From assembly GCA_028284445.1 (NCBI GenBank), contig JANQRS010000026.1:41653-105652 (forward strand): a stretch of 64,000 bases of DNA. Direction: 5' to 3'. The translations under genes and the position numbers were made by a program. The notes beneath the pieces are model-generated. The model was not told where the DNA came from, made no database searches, and saw only the letters and a program-made list of their open reading frames with translations. Below are positions 18,526 through 27,974 of the stretch, in pieces. This DNA is from Calditrichia bacterium. Lineage in GTDB: Bacteria > Calditrichota > Calditrichia > RBG-13-44-9 > J075. Position 1 is the stretch's first letter. Each line of letters begins with the position of its first letter.

Positions 18526-19347
18526 ATGCTCAGTCGTTACTTACGAGGCTTGGCTTTCGGACTCATCATCTCTTTTGCTGCGATATCTCTGACAGCTTGC
18601 AATTCCATTGGATTTCAAAGATTCAATTACTCCGGGCCGGATTACCAGGTGCCGGTACGCCTTGGAGAGGAACGCAAACCGGGGGACGCCCAATTTTCAC
18701 CGGTTGTTTCCGTTCCGCTTGAAAAGACCCATGAAGGGATTATCATGCCGCCGGACACGCTGCCGGATCAAACCAATCTGATATGGGAACTACCGGAATA
18801 TGTGGTCGGTGGGCAGATACAAATGTTTATCGAAAAAAGTACCTCCTTCTTTGCCGGTATGAATGTGGCGCAAATGAACGGAGAATCTCTTGTCGGTTAC
18901 CACTTTGGTTTTGGTCATGGTATCGTCTATGATGATCGCATTACCAGCTTTGAAATAGGGCTGCTTGGGCAGGAATATTTGATTGATGCCGATTATTTAT
19001 TGGAAAATAGCCACCGGGATGTTAGTGAGGCCGGCTCCTTTAGTAATAAATCTTCTTATAATAGCCTTTATGCCGCGATGACATTTAATGGAAGTGACCG
19101 AGACCGGGATCTCATTCCATACTCTCGCTTGATCATTGGCATCCAGGACTTCATCCATGAAGAAATTGAAAATATAGATGTGGATGCTTCTCAACCATTC
19201 CTGGCATTACAGGCCGGAATCCGGCAACGCATGAGTGATAATTTTGCGATGTTGATCGGATTTGAAGTGAAAAAGCAAACGGATTATATCGAAGGCAGTG
19301 GCCTGATGGGGCGTTTTATCCTGCAAACAGATTTTACAATGAACTGA
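18526..19347 (+). CDS. Hypothetical lipoprotein, possibly an outer-membrane beta-barrel
   Basis: Lipobox LTAC; alternating hydrophobic strands; C-terminal FILQTDF; GGGAGG RBS. Confidence 0.6.
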   Translation: MLSRYLRGLAFGLIISFAAISLTACNSIGFQRFNYSGPDYQVPVRLGEERKPGDAQFSPVVSVPLEKTHEGIIMPPDTLPDQTNLIWELPEYVVGGQIQMFIEKSTSFFAGMNVAQMNGESLVGYHFGFGHGIVYDDRITSFEIGLLGQEYLIDADYLLENSHRDVSEAGSFSNKSSYNSLYAAMTFNGSDRDRDLIPYSRLIIGIQDFIHEEIENIDVDASQPFLALQAGIRQRMSDNFAMLIGFEVKKQTDYIEGSGLMGRFILQTDFTMN

Positions 19348-19367
19348 GACACAGTGGCAATTTCAAT

Positions 19368-22244
19368 TTAGGCCGGGGATTGCGCTGTCAGAGCTGGTTC
19401 AACGGCTTTAACCACAACAACGGTCAGGTCGTCGTGCTGATTCGTGCTACCGGCAAAGTTGTTGACTGCCGTGACCAGCTGGTCACGAATACGCTTTGCG
19501 CTGGCATCATGATTGTCTTGCAGTAGGCTGATCATGGTTTCATCGCCGAATTCCTCTCCGGCTTCATCCTGGGCTTCGGTAATGCCATCCGTTATGAACA
19601 AGAACACATCCCCTGGACGATAGGGTATGGAGATCTCTTCCAGTTCTGTGGCGAATGTCGCTGACTTTGTCAGTCCCAGGCCAATCCCTTTTGGAGATAC
19701 CTCCTCTACATGGTTCGTTGCAGCATTGTAATAATAGAGGGGCATATGTCCGGCGCGGGCCATAACCAGCTCATGCTGAGTCGCATTGAAGCTGGCACCC
19801 ACCGCAGTAATGAAAGACTGTTTTTCAAGGTCTTCTGCCAGTAGCTGATTTGCGCGTATCAACAACTCGCGTGGAGATAGCCCAAAGTCATAGAGCGAGC
19901 GCATGATGCCCTGAATTTTTGACATGTAAAGCGCTGCAGAGGTTCCCTTACCGCTGACGTCTCCGACAATTACTGTCAGCTCTTCACGAACCCCATTCAG
20001 GTAATCAAAATAGTCACCGCCAACTTCCTGGGCCGGAATCGAAATACCGGCAATATCAAGCCCGCTGATTTCCGGGGTATGTTGTGGCAAGGAAGCAATT
20101 TGAATCCGGCGGGCGATTTCCAGTTCGTGCCTGAGACGCTCCCGTTCTGCCAGTTCATTGTACAGGAATGCATTCTCGATTGCCACAGATGATTGCCGCG
20201 CTACGGAAGAGAGGAATACCAGGTCATCTTTATGAAAGGCGGCTTCTGATCGCTTTTCGCCAAGCAGCAAGATGCCTACCAGGACAAATTTTGAGCGGAT
20301 GGCAATAATGTGTCGAAAGCCGGCGCCTTCGAATTCCGTGCGCAGGTCGGTTCGCAAATAGTCTGAGCTGAATCGGTCATCGGTCTTGTGTTGCTGGACC
20401 AATTGAATAATCCGATCTGCTGTCGTATCGCAGAAAGTGTTCCAGGCATCTTCATTGATACCGTAGTGCGTTTGGCAGGTGCGAATTTTCTCACTCTCAA
20501 GAAAGATGACGCCAGCCTGCTTAAGCTGCATTTGATTGACGAGATTCTTTACAATCCCTTTGGCCAGCTCTTCCAGCCCGAACTGGTTTGACATCACTTC
20601 CGCCATCTCGTTGGCAGCGCGTTTATAATCGTATTTTTCACGATAAAACTTCTTGTTCAACAGGCTTTGTCCACCGAGCAGGATGCGCCAGAACAAAAGC
20701 AGCAGCAAAATGCCGGCAAGAATAACGAATCCTTTTTCCAGAACTATTTTGCGCGCAATTTCCATAGGTTCATCTACGACTTCAATGTAGCTGCCCATGA
20801 AGCGAATATTCGGAAGCGCCAATTCCAAAGTCGGTAGTTTGAAAATGCAAAAAAGAAAAGCTACTGCAATTGTCATTCCCCAAAGCGAATAGACCAGCGT
20901 ATAGAGAATGTTGCGCCGGATACGAATGTCCATGTTGAACAGATTATAGCGGCCAATGGTATAGAGGTAAGCCATTGGAAACAACGCCATCAGAACGATG
21001 CTGTAGCGGCCATCGATGGTACGAAAGACAAAGTCCGGTGGCCGGCCAAATAGCAGGGGAATGGTAACCAGGCCGATCATAACAAACAGCAAGGTAACGG
21101 ACGTCCAGCGGATGACTGAGTTCATCTCCACATAATCATGCGGCTTCAGCTTGCGGTAGAACCATGGCAATACCCAGAACATGATGATCGTGATGGAAAA
21201 TAGCAGATTGGCGAATCCACCCTGTCCAAACGCATTGAAGAGAATGGCGGACAGGCCCAGGATGTACACGGTCATAATAATCCAACGGCGGTTGCGTAGC
21301 GCCGGAAATTCCCGCGGAAAATAATGATGCATATGGAACCAGGTGGCGACCCCAAAGACCAGTGCTCCTACTTGCAGCAGGTTCACCAGGTTTGTCCACT
21401 GATTTGGGAGTGCACGGAGCGGAGAGAACAGGGTCAGATAAAACCCGATCAGCATAAACGATATGGCCATGAGCCGCGCGCCAACATATTCCGGGCGTTT
21501 CAAGCCGACAAACAGGCCGCTGCCGATAAAGAACAATCCGCAAAGCAGGATTATCAGCAGTACCGTTTCCAGGCCCACGCGTGCCAGCGTGAGATGAAGT
21601 GTTTGCGTTTGATTATCTCTGACAATATCGTAGGCGATTGTCTTATCCAATTGCGCGAAACGCATAATTCGATCGGCAGAATTGGCGTCCTTGAACCGTT
21701 CGCCGTTAATGCTGTAAATCAGGTCCCCAACTTGCAAGCCTGCGCGATCTGAAGCCCCATTGGGCAATACTTCACGCACGGTGACGCTTGCCGAGATTTC
21801 ACGGACCCAGGCCGCATCAAAATCTTCCGCCGGGAGATGATAGCGCAGGAAGCGGTTCAAGCGAGATCTGAAGATATTCAGCTCTATAACAGTTTGACTA
21901 TCGGCTTCCGCCAGAAAGTCGACGAATTCGTCTTTCTCGGCAATGCTAATGGATTCATCAGTATAAAGGTTATCAGCAAACACCAGGATGTCGCCGACTA
22001 CGAGAGAATCACCGGCAATCTTTTCTTCCGTTCCCATAAAGTTGCGCGTACCAATACTGGTGACGAGTTTTGCGGGAACGGTTACCGTGAGGTATAAGCC
22101 TTCGGGGGTTGTGAAGAAGACGTTTTCATCTGTTGGACTACCGGCATAGTTAATGAAGACGCCGATCGACGTACTGAACATAACCAGGGCGAGCGCTATG
22201 AATAGAAGGCGAGTGTAGCGCGGAGAGTCGGTGATTCTATTCAT
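19368..22244 (-). CDS. Membrane PDZ-GAF-SpoIIE (PP2C-type, RsbU-like) phosphatase
   Basis: GASDRAGLQVGDLIYSING PDZ; about 8 TM helices; GAF-like LLLGEKRSEAAF..DDL; EVGGDYFD, GDVSGKG, TDGITEA and DDLT PP2C motifs. Confidence 0.9.
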   Translation of the reverse strand: MNRITDSPRYTRLLFIALALVMFSTSIGVFINYAGSPTDENVFFTTPEGLYLTVTVPAKLVTSIGTRNFMGTEEKIAGDSLVVGDILVFADNLYTDESISIAEKDEFVDFLAEADSQTVIELNIFRSRLNRFLRYHLPAEDFDAAWVREISASVTVREVLPNGASDRAGLQVGDLIYSINGERFKDANSADRIMRFAQLDKTIAYDIVRDNQTQTLHLTLARVGLETVLLIILLCGLFFIGSGLFVGLKRPEYVGARLMAISFMLIGFYLTLFSPLRALPNQWTNLVNLLQVGALVFGVATWFHMHHYFPREFPALRNRRWIIMTVYILGLSAILFNAFGQGGFANLLFSITIIMFWVLPWFYRKLKPHDYVEMNSVIRWTSVTLLFVMIGLVTIPLLFGRPPDFVFRTIDGRYSIVLMALFPMAYLYTIGRYNLFNMDIRIRRNILYTLVYSLWGMTIAVAFLFCIFKLPTLELALPNIRFMGSYIEVVDEPMEIARKIVLEKGFVILAGILLLLLFWRILLGGQSLLNKKFYREKYDYKRAANEMAEVMSNQFGLEELAKGIVKNLVNQMQLKQAGVIFLESEKIRTCQTHYGINEDAWNTFCDTTADRIIQLVQQHKTDDRFSSDYLRTDLRTEFEGAGFRHIIAIRSKFVLVGILLLGEKRSEAAFHKDDLVFLSSVARQSSVAIENAFLYNELAERERLRHELEIARRIQIASLPQHTPEISGLDIAGISIPAQEVGGDYFDYLNGVREELTVIVGDVSGKGTSAALYMSKIQGIMRSLYDFGLSPRELLIRANQLLAEDLEKQSFITAVGASFNATQHELVMARAGHMPLYYYNAATNHVEEVSPKGIGLGLTKSATFATELEEISIPYRPGDVFLFITDGITEAQDEAGEEFGDETMISLLQDNHDASAKRIRDQLVTAVNNFAGSTNQHDDLTVVVVKAVEPALTAQSPA

Positions 22245-22377
22245 ATCCTGGTCACAATTTAATTACTTAATCTATTGTTATTTATACAGATTAAAATGTA
22301 ATTTGTTACGATATATGATGCAAGTTTTGTTATTGGCCTAACCGCTGTCCTTGAATTAAAGAACATTCTCAAATAAT

Positions 22378-23085
22378 ATGAAAAAAGGCACAGATACGAA
22401 CGAAAAAAATTCCAATATTTTACTGGGAATTGAGACCAGTGGTAAAACCTGTGCTGCCGGCCTCTTTGCCGGTGGTGAGCTGCGTGCAGAATCAACAATC
22501 AGTATTCCTAATGTTCATTCGGAAAAGTTGGCCCCGCTGGTAAATCAAACATTGGAAAATGCCGGTTTATCACTTTCGGACCTCGACGGCCTGGTGCTGT
22601 CGGCCGGTCCCGGCTCATTCACCGGATTACGGATAGGCTATAGCCTGGTAAAAGGCTATGCATATGCCCTCGATATCCCATTGGTTGAAGTTTCGACACT
22701 CGATGTTTGGGCGTACCAGTGTGGCGATCGAGGCCGGCCGGTGCTGGTCGTCATCGATGCCCGGCGTGGAGATGTCTACTGCGCAGAATATGCCTGGCAT
22801 AACAGCAAGCTGGAGCGGACCAGCGACTACTCGCTGCTTCCCATTGGCGAGCTGAATCGATTCGCCAGCCGTCAGGTGATTGTTACCGGGGTTGATGCAG
22901 TTGGTCTGAAAGAGATTCTCATGCCTCATCTGCCCAATGGAGCAACTTTCCTGACACCAGCACCGAGCGTATTGGACGTCAATGCCTTACTGGCCCTTGG
23001 TGCTGAAAAATTTCAGGCGGGTCATTTCTCGGACCTGGTTGAAAGTGAACCACTTTATATGAGAGCGTTTCACGGAGTTTCATGA
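22378..23085 (+). CDS. tsaB: tRNA threonylcarbamoyladenosine biosynthesis protein TsaB
   Basis: LGIETS, HSEKL, GPGSFTGLRIG, IDARRGDVY and EPLYMR. Confidence 0.95.
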   Translation: MKKGTDTNEKNSNILLGIETSGKTCAAGLFAGGELRAESTISIPNVHSEKLAPLVNQTLENAGLSLSDLDGLVLSAGPGSFTGLRIGYSLVKGYAYALDIPLVEVSTLDVWAYQCGDRGRPVLVVIDARRGDVYCAEYAWHNSKLERTSDYSLLPIGELNRFASRQVIVTGVDAVGLKEILMPHLPNGATFLTPAPSVLDVNALLALGAEKFQAGHFSDLVESEPLYMRAFHGVS

Positions 23086-23534
23086 GTGCGGTGCCAAACA
23101 TACGGCGAATGAAAATAGATGATCTTGATCGGATTATGGGGCTGGAGGCTGAACTGTTCACCGATCCCTGGTCGCGGCAAAGTTATCTGTTTGAAATATG
23201 CACCAATCGATTTTCCCTGCCGGTCGTAATGGAATTGAATAAGGCAATCATTGGTTATGCCGTTGTCTGGCGCCTCTATGGTGAATTTCATCTGGCAACC
23301 TTTGGCATTGCGCCGGATCATCAGGGCAATGGTTGGGGGCGATATTTGTTGGAAAAGCTGCTTGGGATGGCTGACGTGGAAAAACGTGCCATTCTGGAAG
23401 TGCGGCGAAGCAATCACAAAGCCAAGTCGCTTTACGAGTCCTTCGGATTCCGGGAAATTGCGTTGCGGATGAAATATTATAAGAACGGTGAAGATGCACT
23501 GGTAATGGAAAAACGGTTTGATCAGCAAACATGA
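23082..23534 (+). CDS. rimI: Ribosomal protein alanine N-acetyltransferase RimI
   Basis: DPWS, HQGNGWG, LEVRRSN..A..LYESFGF, R.KYY.NGEDALVM; position after tsaB. Confidence 0.9.
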   Translation: MSAVPNIRRMKIDDLDRIMGLEAELFTDPWSRQSYLFEICTNRFSLPVVMELNKAIIGYAVVWRLYGEFHLATFGIAPDHQGNGWGRYLLEKLLGMADVEKRAILEVRRSNHKAKSLYESFGFREIALRMKYYKNGEDALVMEKRFDQQT

Positions 23535-24736
23535 TTACTATCTCAGAAGCAAAAAAAATCCTCGATGACAGCCTGCCTGAGCCTGTTCGTGAAGACATAT
23601 CGCTTTCAGAAGCCGCCGGGCGGGTGTTGTATACAGATCTACATGCCCTTGAACCGTCACCCCGCTATACCAATAGCGCTATGGACGGCTTTGCAGTCCG
23701 TTGGGCTGACATTGAACCGGCTTCTCGCGGGATCGCCTGTCAGCTGGCATTGCTTGGTGAGAGCCAGGCCGGTATACCTTTTGATGGTACAGTCGGCACC
23801 GGGCAGGCGGTTCGCATCAGTACCGGCGCCAAACTGCCCGATGGCGCGGATGCTGTTGTGCCGATCGAAGAATGTACCGCATCAGGTAATGAACTTAATA
23901 TCGAAATTGCCCATAAACCGAAACAGAACATTCGATTTGAAGGGGAAGAGTTTACCCCCGATACCCGCCTTATCCACAAAAATGTAGTCTTGAATCCGGT
24001 GCATATTGCCTTGCTGGCGTCTCAGGGAATTCGAACGGTGCCTGTATATCGACCGGCGCGTGTCGCCATCATTGTTACAGGGACGGAACTGGTGCCCTAT
24101 GATGCCCAGCCAAAGCCCTGGCAAATTCGTGACTCTAACGGGATTATGCTAACAGAAGCGGTGCTCGCCGGGAATGGCGCAATTGCCACGTTACAGCGTG
24201 TTGGCGACGACTACGAAGACACGGTCCGCGCTGCCCAGACTGCCGCGGAACAGGCTGACATCGTGATCTTTTCCGGCGGTGTTTCGGTTGGTCCGCATGA
24301 CCTGGTGAAGAAGGCCGCGGCTGAATGCGGCTTTGAACGGCTCTTTTGGCGTGTGCGTCAACGGCCGGGAAAACCTTTGTTTGTTGCACAAAAAGACAGT
24401 AAACTGCTATTCGGGCTGCCTGGTAATCCGGTGTCGGCCTATATGTGCTTCCTTTTTTACGTGACGCCGGTATTGCGTTATCTGGCAGGACATGGCAAAG
24501 ATATCCGCAAGGTTTCAGGAGTGATGAATACCGAGCTGGTCAATAAATTGACGCGCGCCCAGATGTACCGCGTGATGATGCGAGACGGCGAGAATGGCAT
24601 TCGCGAAGTAATACCAATTGCCCGGCAAGGATCGCATATGCTCACCAGCGTATCTGACGCCAATGGCTTTATTTTGCTGGAGGTCGGACAAGCTTTGAAG
24701 AAAGGTGATAAGGTGGAGGTAATACCGTTCTCATGA
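23531..24736 (+). CDS. moeA: Molybdopterin molybdotransferase MoeA
   Basis: SAMDGFAV, RISTGA.LP.GADAV, TGTEL, RDSNG, SGGVSVG..D and GLPGNPVSA. Confidence 0.97.
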   Translation: MITISEAKKILDDSLPEPVREDISLSEAAGRVLYTDLHALEPSPRYTNSAMDGFAVRWADIEPASRGIACQLALLGESQAGIPFDGTVGTGQAVRISTGAKLPDGADAVVPIEECTASGNELNIEIAHKPKQNIRFEGEEFTPDTRLIHKNVVLNPVHIALLASQGIRTVPVYRPARVAIIVTGTELVPYDAQPKPWQIRDSNGIMLTEAVLAGNGAIATLQRVGDDYEDTVRAAQTAAEQADIVIFSGGVSVGPHDLVKKAAAECGFERLFWRVRQRPGKPLFVAQKDSKLLFGLPGNPVSAYMCFLFYVTPVLRYLAGHGKDIRKVSGVMNTELVNKLTRAQMYRVMMRDGENGIREVIPIARQGSHMLTSVSDANGFILLEVGQALKKGDKVEVIPFS

Positions 24737-25263
24737 GCAAGGTAGATGAAAAATTGAAGGAATTGATGGGGGAAGATGACGAGTTGGTTGTCGTTGTTCG
24801 CCCTTCCTGGTGGAAATTCAGCGGCTATATGTTGCTCACGCCGTTGATTATCCCCTTTCTCGTTGGTATTGTCAAGCGCTATTCATTGGGACTGTATATT
24901 TATCGTCACAAAATTGTTGTTCAGCGCGGTTTGCTAACAACCAATATGAAGGTCATCTTTATTGATGATATTCGAACGATAAATGTTGAGCAAACGGTGC
25001 TGGAGCGCATGCTCGGCTACGGTACTTTGATGATCGCAGCCTCTGGTACTTCTGAATATGAAGAGATTGCCGACGGTGTTGGAAACCCGGTCTCAGTGAA
25101 AAACCTTATCTTATGGCAGAGAAAACGGAATCTTGAAGGTGACGAAGAAGTGCCGGTTGAGAAAATCCCGGAAGCCAGAGCGCCTCGTAAAGAACCGCCG
25201 CCAGAGAAGCCCAAAAAGGTTGTCCGCAAGAAGAAAGGCGGACGGAATCGTTTTACGATTTAG
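24733..25263 (+). CDS. Bacterial PH-domain (bPH_2) membrane protein
   Basis: QRGLL...I.IDDIRTINVEQTVLERMLGYGTLMI. Confidence 0.75.
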   Translation: MSKVDEKLKELMGEDDELVVVVRPSWWKFSGYMLLTPLIIPFLVGIVKRYSLGLYIYRHKIVVQRGLLTTNMKVIFIDDIRTINVEQTVLERMLGYGTLMIAASGTSEYEEIADGVGNPVSVKNLILWQRKRNLEGDEEVPVEKIPEARAPRKEPPPEKPKKVVRKKKGGRNRFTI

Positions 25264-26525
25264 TTCGTCTTCCTTAAGTCAATACAAATAATCTCGCGAG
25301 TATCGCGAAGCAATAGCCGGCCGCCGGCAAGCGACGGAACCGTATAACACTTCCCGTCCAAAATATCTTTAACAGCAACTTCCTCGTACCTATCGGGCCT
25401 GGCCTTGACAATACCCAGTTTACCGCGAGTGCCCATCACCAGCAGATAGCCATCAGCAAACATCAATGTACCTTCTCCATAACCGCGCTGCTGCCATTGC
25501 ATCTTGCCGGTTTTTACATCGATGCATTTTAAGATCGATCTGTCGGTGCCGTATAGATAGCCATCATGCAGAATGGTGGTCGAGAAATGATTTTTCATTT
25601 CGTTATTGCCCCACAGCTTCTCGGCTGAGAAGCTCCCTTCAGTATCCCGGGAGATTTGCAGCAGGGCCGAGCCCGATACTTCCGCATGGGCAGACGAAAA
25701 GAACAGCCGATCGCCTCCGACCGGGACCGGAGTTGCGACATTCTCGTAAGAGCTTGTCTTCCAGGGATATTCCCAGATGACCTGGCCATTGGCGGGAGAA
25801 ACGCCGGAAATTTTGCTGCCGGTGAAGAAAATCAGCTGTGGTTGTCCGGCGATCGTGGTCATGATCGGGGAAGAATAACCGTTATGATCCGACTGGCTTG
25901 AGTGGCGCAGTTTGCCTGTGGTTTTATCTAAAGCAATGATGGCGTTTTTATTCTGGCCGCCGGCGACAACCCATAAATTGCTGCCGTCGACCAATGGTGA
26001 ATTTGAATAACCAAGGTTGGGGGCTCCACCTCCGAATTCGTTGACCAGGTCTTGCTGCCAGAGAATACTGCCATCACTGATGTTAACGGCGTAGAGCTTC
26101 GATCGACCGCTCACGGTATAGGCAATGCCGTCGTTGATTGTTGGCGTTACCCGCGGTCCGTTTCCCCAGTTGCTGACAAAGCGTTTGTCCGTTTGCAGTT
26201 GCCAGAGGATTTTGCCACTTGTTAGGTCCAGGCATATCAGGTATTCTTCATCACCTTTGTCGTACATTGTAAAAACGCGCTTGCCGCTGATTGAAATGCC
26301 CGAGTATCCTTCGCCCAAGGGGGTTCGCCAAAGAATTTTTGGGCCGCTGGACGGCCAGGGAAGGGCGAGATTGGTTTCGCTGGACTTGCCATTGCGCTCC
26401 GGACCCAGCCATTGCGGCCAGTCGCTGGAATAATGTCGGGTTTCCGGTCCATCAGCAAGTAGGGGAATAAAGCTTAGAAAGAAGATGATGCTGAGAATGG
26501 GGCAGAGTCGTTTTGCGGCAGGCAT
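25260..26525 (-). CDS. PQQ-like beta-propeller repeat protein, exported
   Basis: Signal peptide, DWPQWLGPERNG and repeated G...W blades. Confidence 0.9.
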   Translation of the reverse strand: MPAAKRLCPILSIIFFLSFIPLLADGPETRHYSSDWPQWLGPERNGKSSETNLALPWPSSGPKILWRTPLGEGYSGISISGKRVFTMYDKGDEEYLICLDLTSGKILWQLQTDKRFVSNWGNGPRVTPTINDGIAYTVSGRSKLYAVNISDGSILWQQDLVNEFGGGAPNLGYSNSPLVDGSNLWVVAGGQNKNAIIALDKTTGKLRHSSQSDHNGYSSPIMTTIAGQPQLIFFTGSKISGVSPANGQVIWEYPWKTSSYENVATPVPVGGDRLFFSSAHAEVSGSALLQISRDTEGSFSAEKLWGNNEMKNHFSTTILHDGYLYGTDRSILKCIDVKTGKMQWQQRGYGEGTLMFADGYLLVMGTRGKLGIVKARPDRYEEVAVKDILDGKCYTVPSLAGGRLLLRDTREIICIDLRKTN

Positions 26526-26654
26526 GAGATATCCTCGTTATATCGACATGCTTTTATTACGTTGCCGGAATAGAACGGTTTCATTTAGGGAGTAGATTAT
26601 CAGAAATGAAAGAATCTACTTCGGAATTTGGAAATTGTTGTTTGGATTTTCTTT

Positions 26655-27836
26655 CTACGGCTGATGGTATGCCAATGACGAGCCAACCCAGCTGTGATTG
26701 CGATTATAGTCAACACCCATCATTTTACCTTTACTCATACGCAGTAAGTTGTTGACCAGCATAGGTTCTTCATCCCAGAGAAACATCATGCGTACTTCCG
26801 CCATTGCTTTTCCATCCGGGGTTTCGACCAATGGGGTATACTGAACCTTGTGCTGCAGGATATAGTTTTTACGATCACTGATGCCGTCGAGCATCTCTTT
26901 GGTGACATCGATTTCCACGCCGCTGCCGGCAAAGGAAAATAATGGCTTAAGGACGTAATTCTCCAGGTCCGTCGGATAGCTGTCCAGTTCAGCCAGGTAA
27001 TGACAATCCGGAGAGTAATCACTTCTGATCAAGGGCATCGAATGTTTGCTGACCTTAAAAAACCAGTTTGGATGCCCAACCCAATGTACGTCAATTTGAT
27101 CGTCGCGCCAATCAAATCCCATTTGTACATTCTTCTTCACGATTTCATCAAAAATAAAACGGTGGTAGAGCCGTTCAATAGGCACCAGCTGCTTGCCATT
27201 GGGATAGTAGAGATAGTTGCCACGCTGGACGATTTCTGTGAGGCAGACGGGCCGAATGCCATAGTATTCTTCGGTCAGATAAAAGTCGATACGGGTTTTT
27301 TGTTTATGTGGTTGATACTCCAGCAAGAACACATTCTGCGGGTCACTATCGCCGAGCAGCATTTTTCCAAGCTCCTCCCGGTATGACTCGGAGTCCAGGC
27401 CGCTGTAGAAGGGGGTAAGATTCTCCGGAAATTCAAAATATTGTCGCAGCTTGATGTCGAGATAATGTTGATAAGTATAGAGTGAGGGGAAGCCTTGCAA
27501 TTCAATCAGCTGTGGTGTCAGCTTGCCGTTTTCGTCCTCGCAAATCGCAAAATCGACTTGCAGGAAATTGGGATGATCATCCTCATTGGCGACCGCAAGG
27601 CCATCAGGGATCGCTTCTGCTGATTTTTCGGCGAATCCAGGCGCCCGGATGGACGCGATGACATCATACGCCGCGGTTTCCAGCATCTGATTCATTTCCG
27701 GAGAGAGGAAAAGCGGCGTTTCTGAAACCCGGAACACCAGGCTTTCGCGATTGCTAAGATGAATATCATCGATCATGCGAATGTACTGTGCCTGGTCAAA
27801 AGACTTATTGAATTGTTCACGGATTTCGGAGAGCAT
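26655..27836 (-). CDS. Circularly permuted ATP-grasp / glutathionylspermidine-synthase-like ligase
   Basis: QVDFAI...PQLIELQGFPS, YVLKPLFSFAGSGV, YILQHKVQY and EVRMMFLW. Confidence 0.65.
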   Translation of the reverse strand: MLSEIREQFNKSFDQAQYIRMIDDIHLSNRESLVFRVSETPLFLSPEMNQMLETAAYDVIASIRAPGFAEKSAEAIPDGLAVANEDDHPNFLQVDFAICEDENGKLTPQLIELQGFPSLYTYQHYLDIKLRQYFEFPENLTPFYSGLDSESYREELGKMLLGDSDPQNVFLLEYQPHKQKTRIDFYLTEEYYGIRPVCLTEIVQRGNYLYYPNGKQLVPIERLYHRFIFDEIVKKNVQMGFDWRDDQIDVHWVGHPNWFFKVSKHSMPLIRSDYSPDCHYLAELDSYPTDLENYVLKPLFSFAGSGVEIDVTKEMLDGISDRKNYILQHKVQYTPLVETPDGKAMAEVRMMFLWDEEPMLVNNLLRMSKGKMMGVDYNRNHSWVGSSLAYHQP

Positions 27837-27894
27837 AGAAAACCTTTTACCTGTTTAGGGTTGATTAATTCAAAATGCGTGATGTTTGTCGAAA

Positions 27895-27940
27895 ATATCC
27901 CCCCTATATGTCCCCCCGGGGGGACATATAGGGGGGATAT
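27895..27940. repeat. C/G-tract palindrome, CCCGGG-centred subtype (perfect, 46 bp)
   Basis: ATATCCCCCCTATATGTCCCCCC|GGGGGGACATATAGGGGGGATAT. Confidence 0.9.
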
Positions 27941-27974
27941 CAGAAGTAATTCCTTGAGGTATTATCTTGGCACA

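Noticed and set aside
26591-26620. AGTAGATT..AATCTACT inverted repeat reminiscent of a Cas12a repeat
   Set aside because: Single copy with the wrong arrangement; more likely a terminator-like hairpin after the ligase operon.
27895-27940. G-quadruplex role for the G-tract palindromes
   Set aside because: Each strand has only two G tracts, and these are fully complementary to adjacent C tracts, so hairpin or cruciform folding is favoured.
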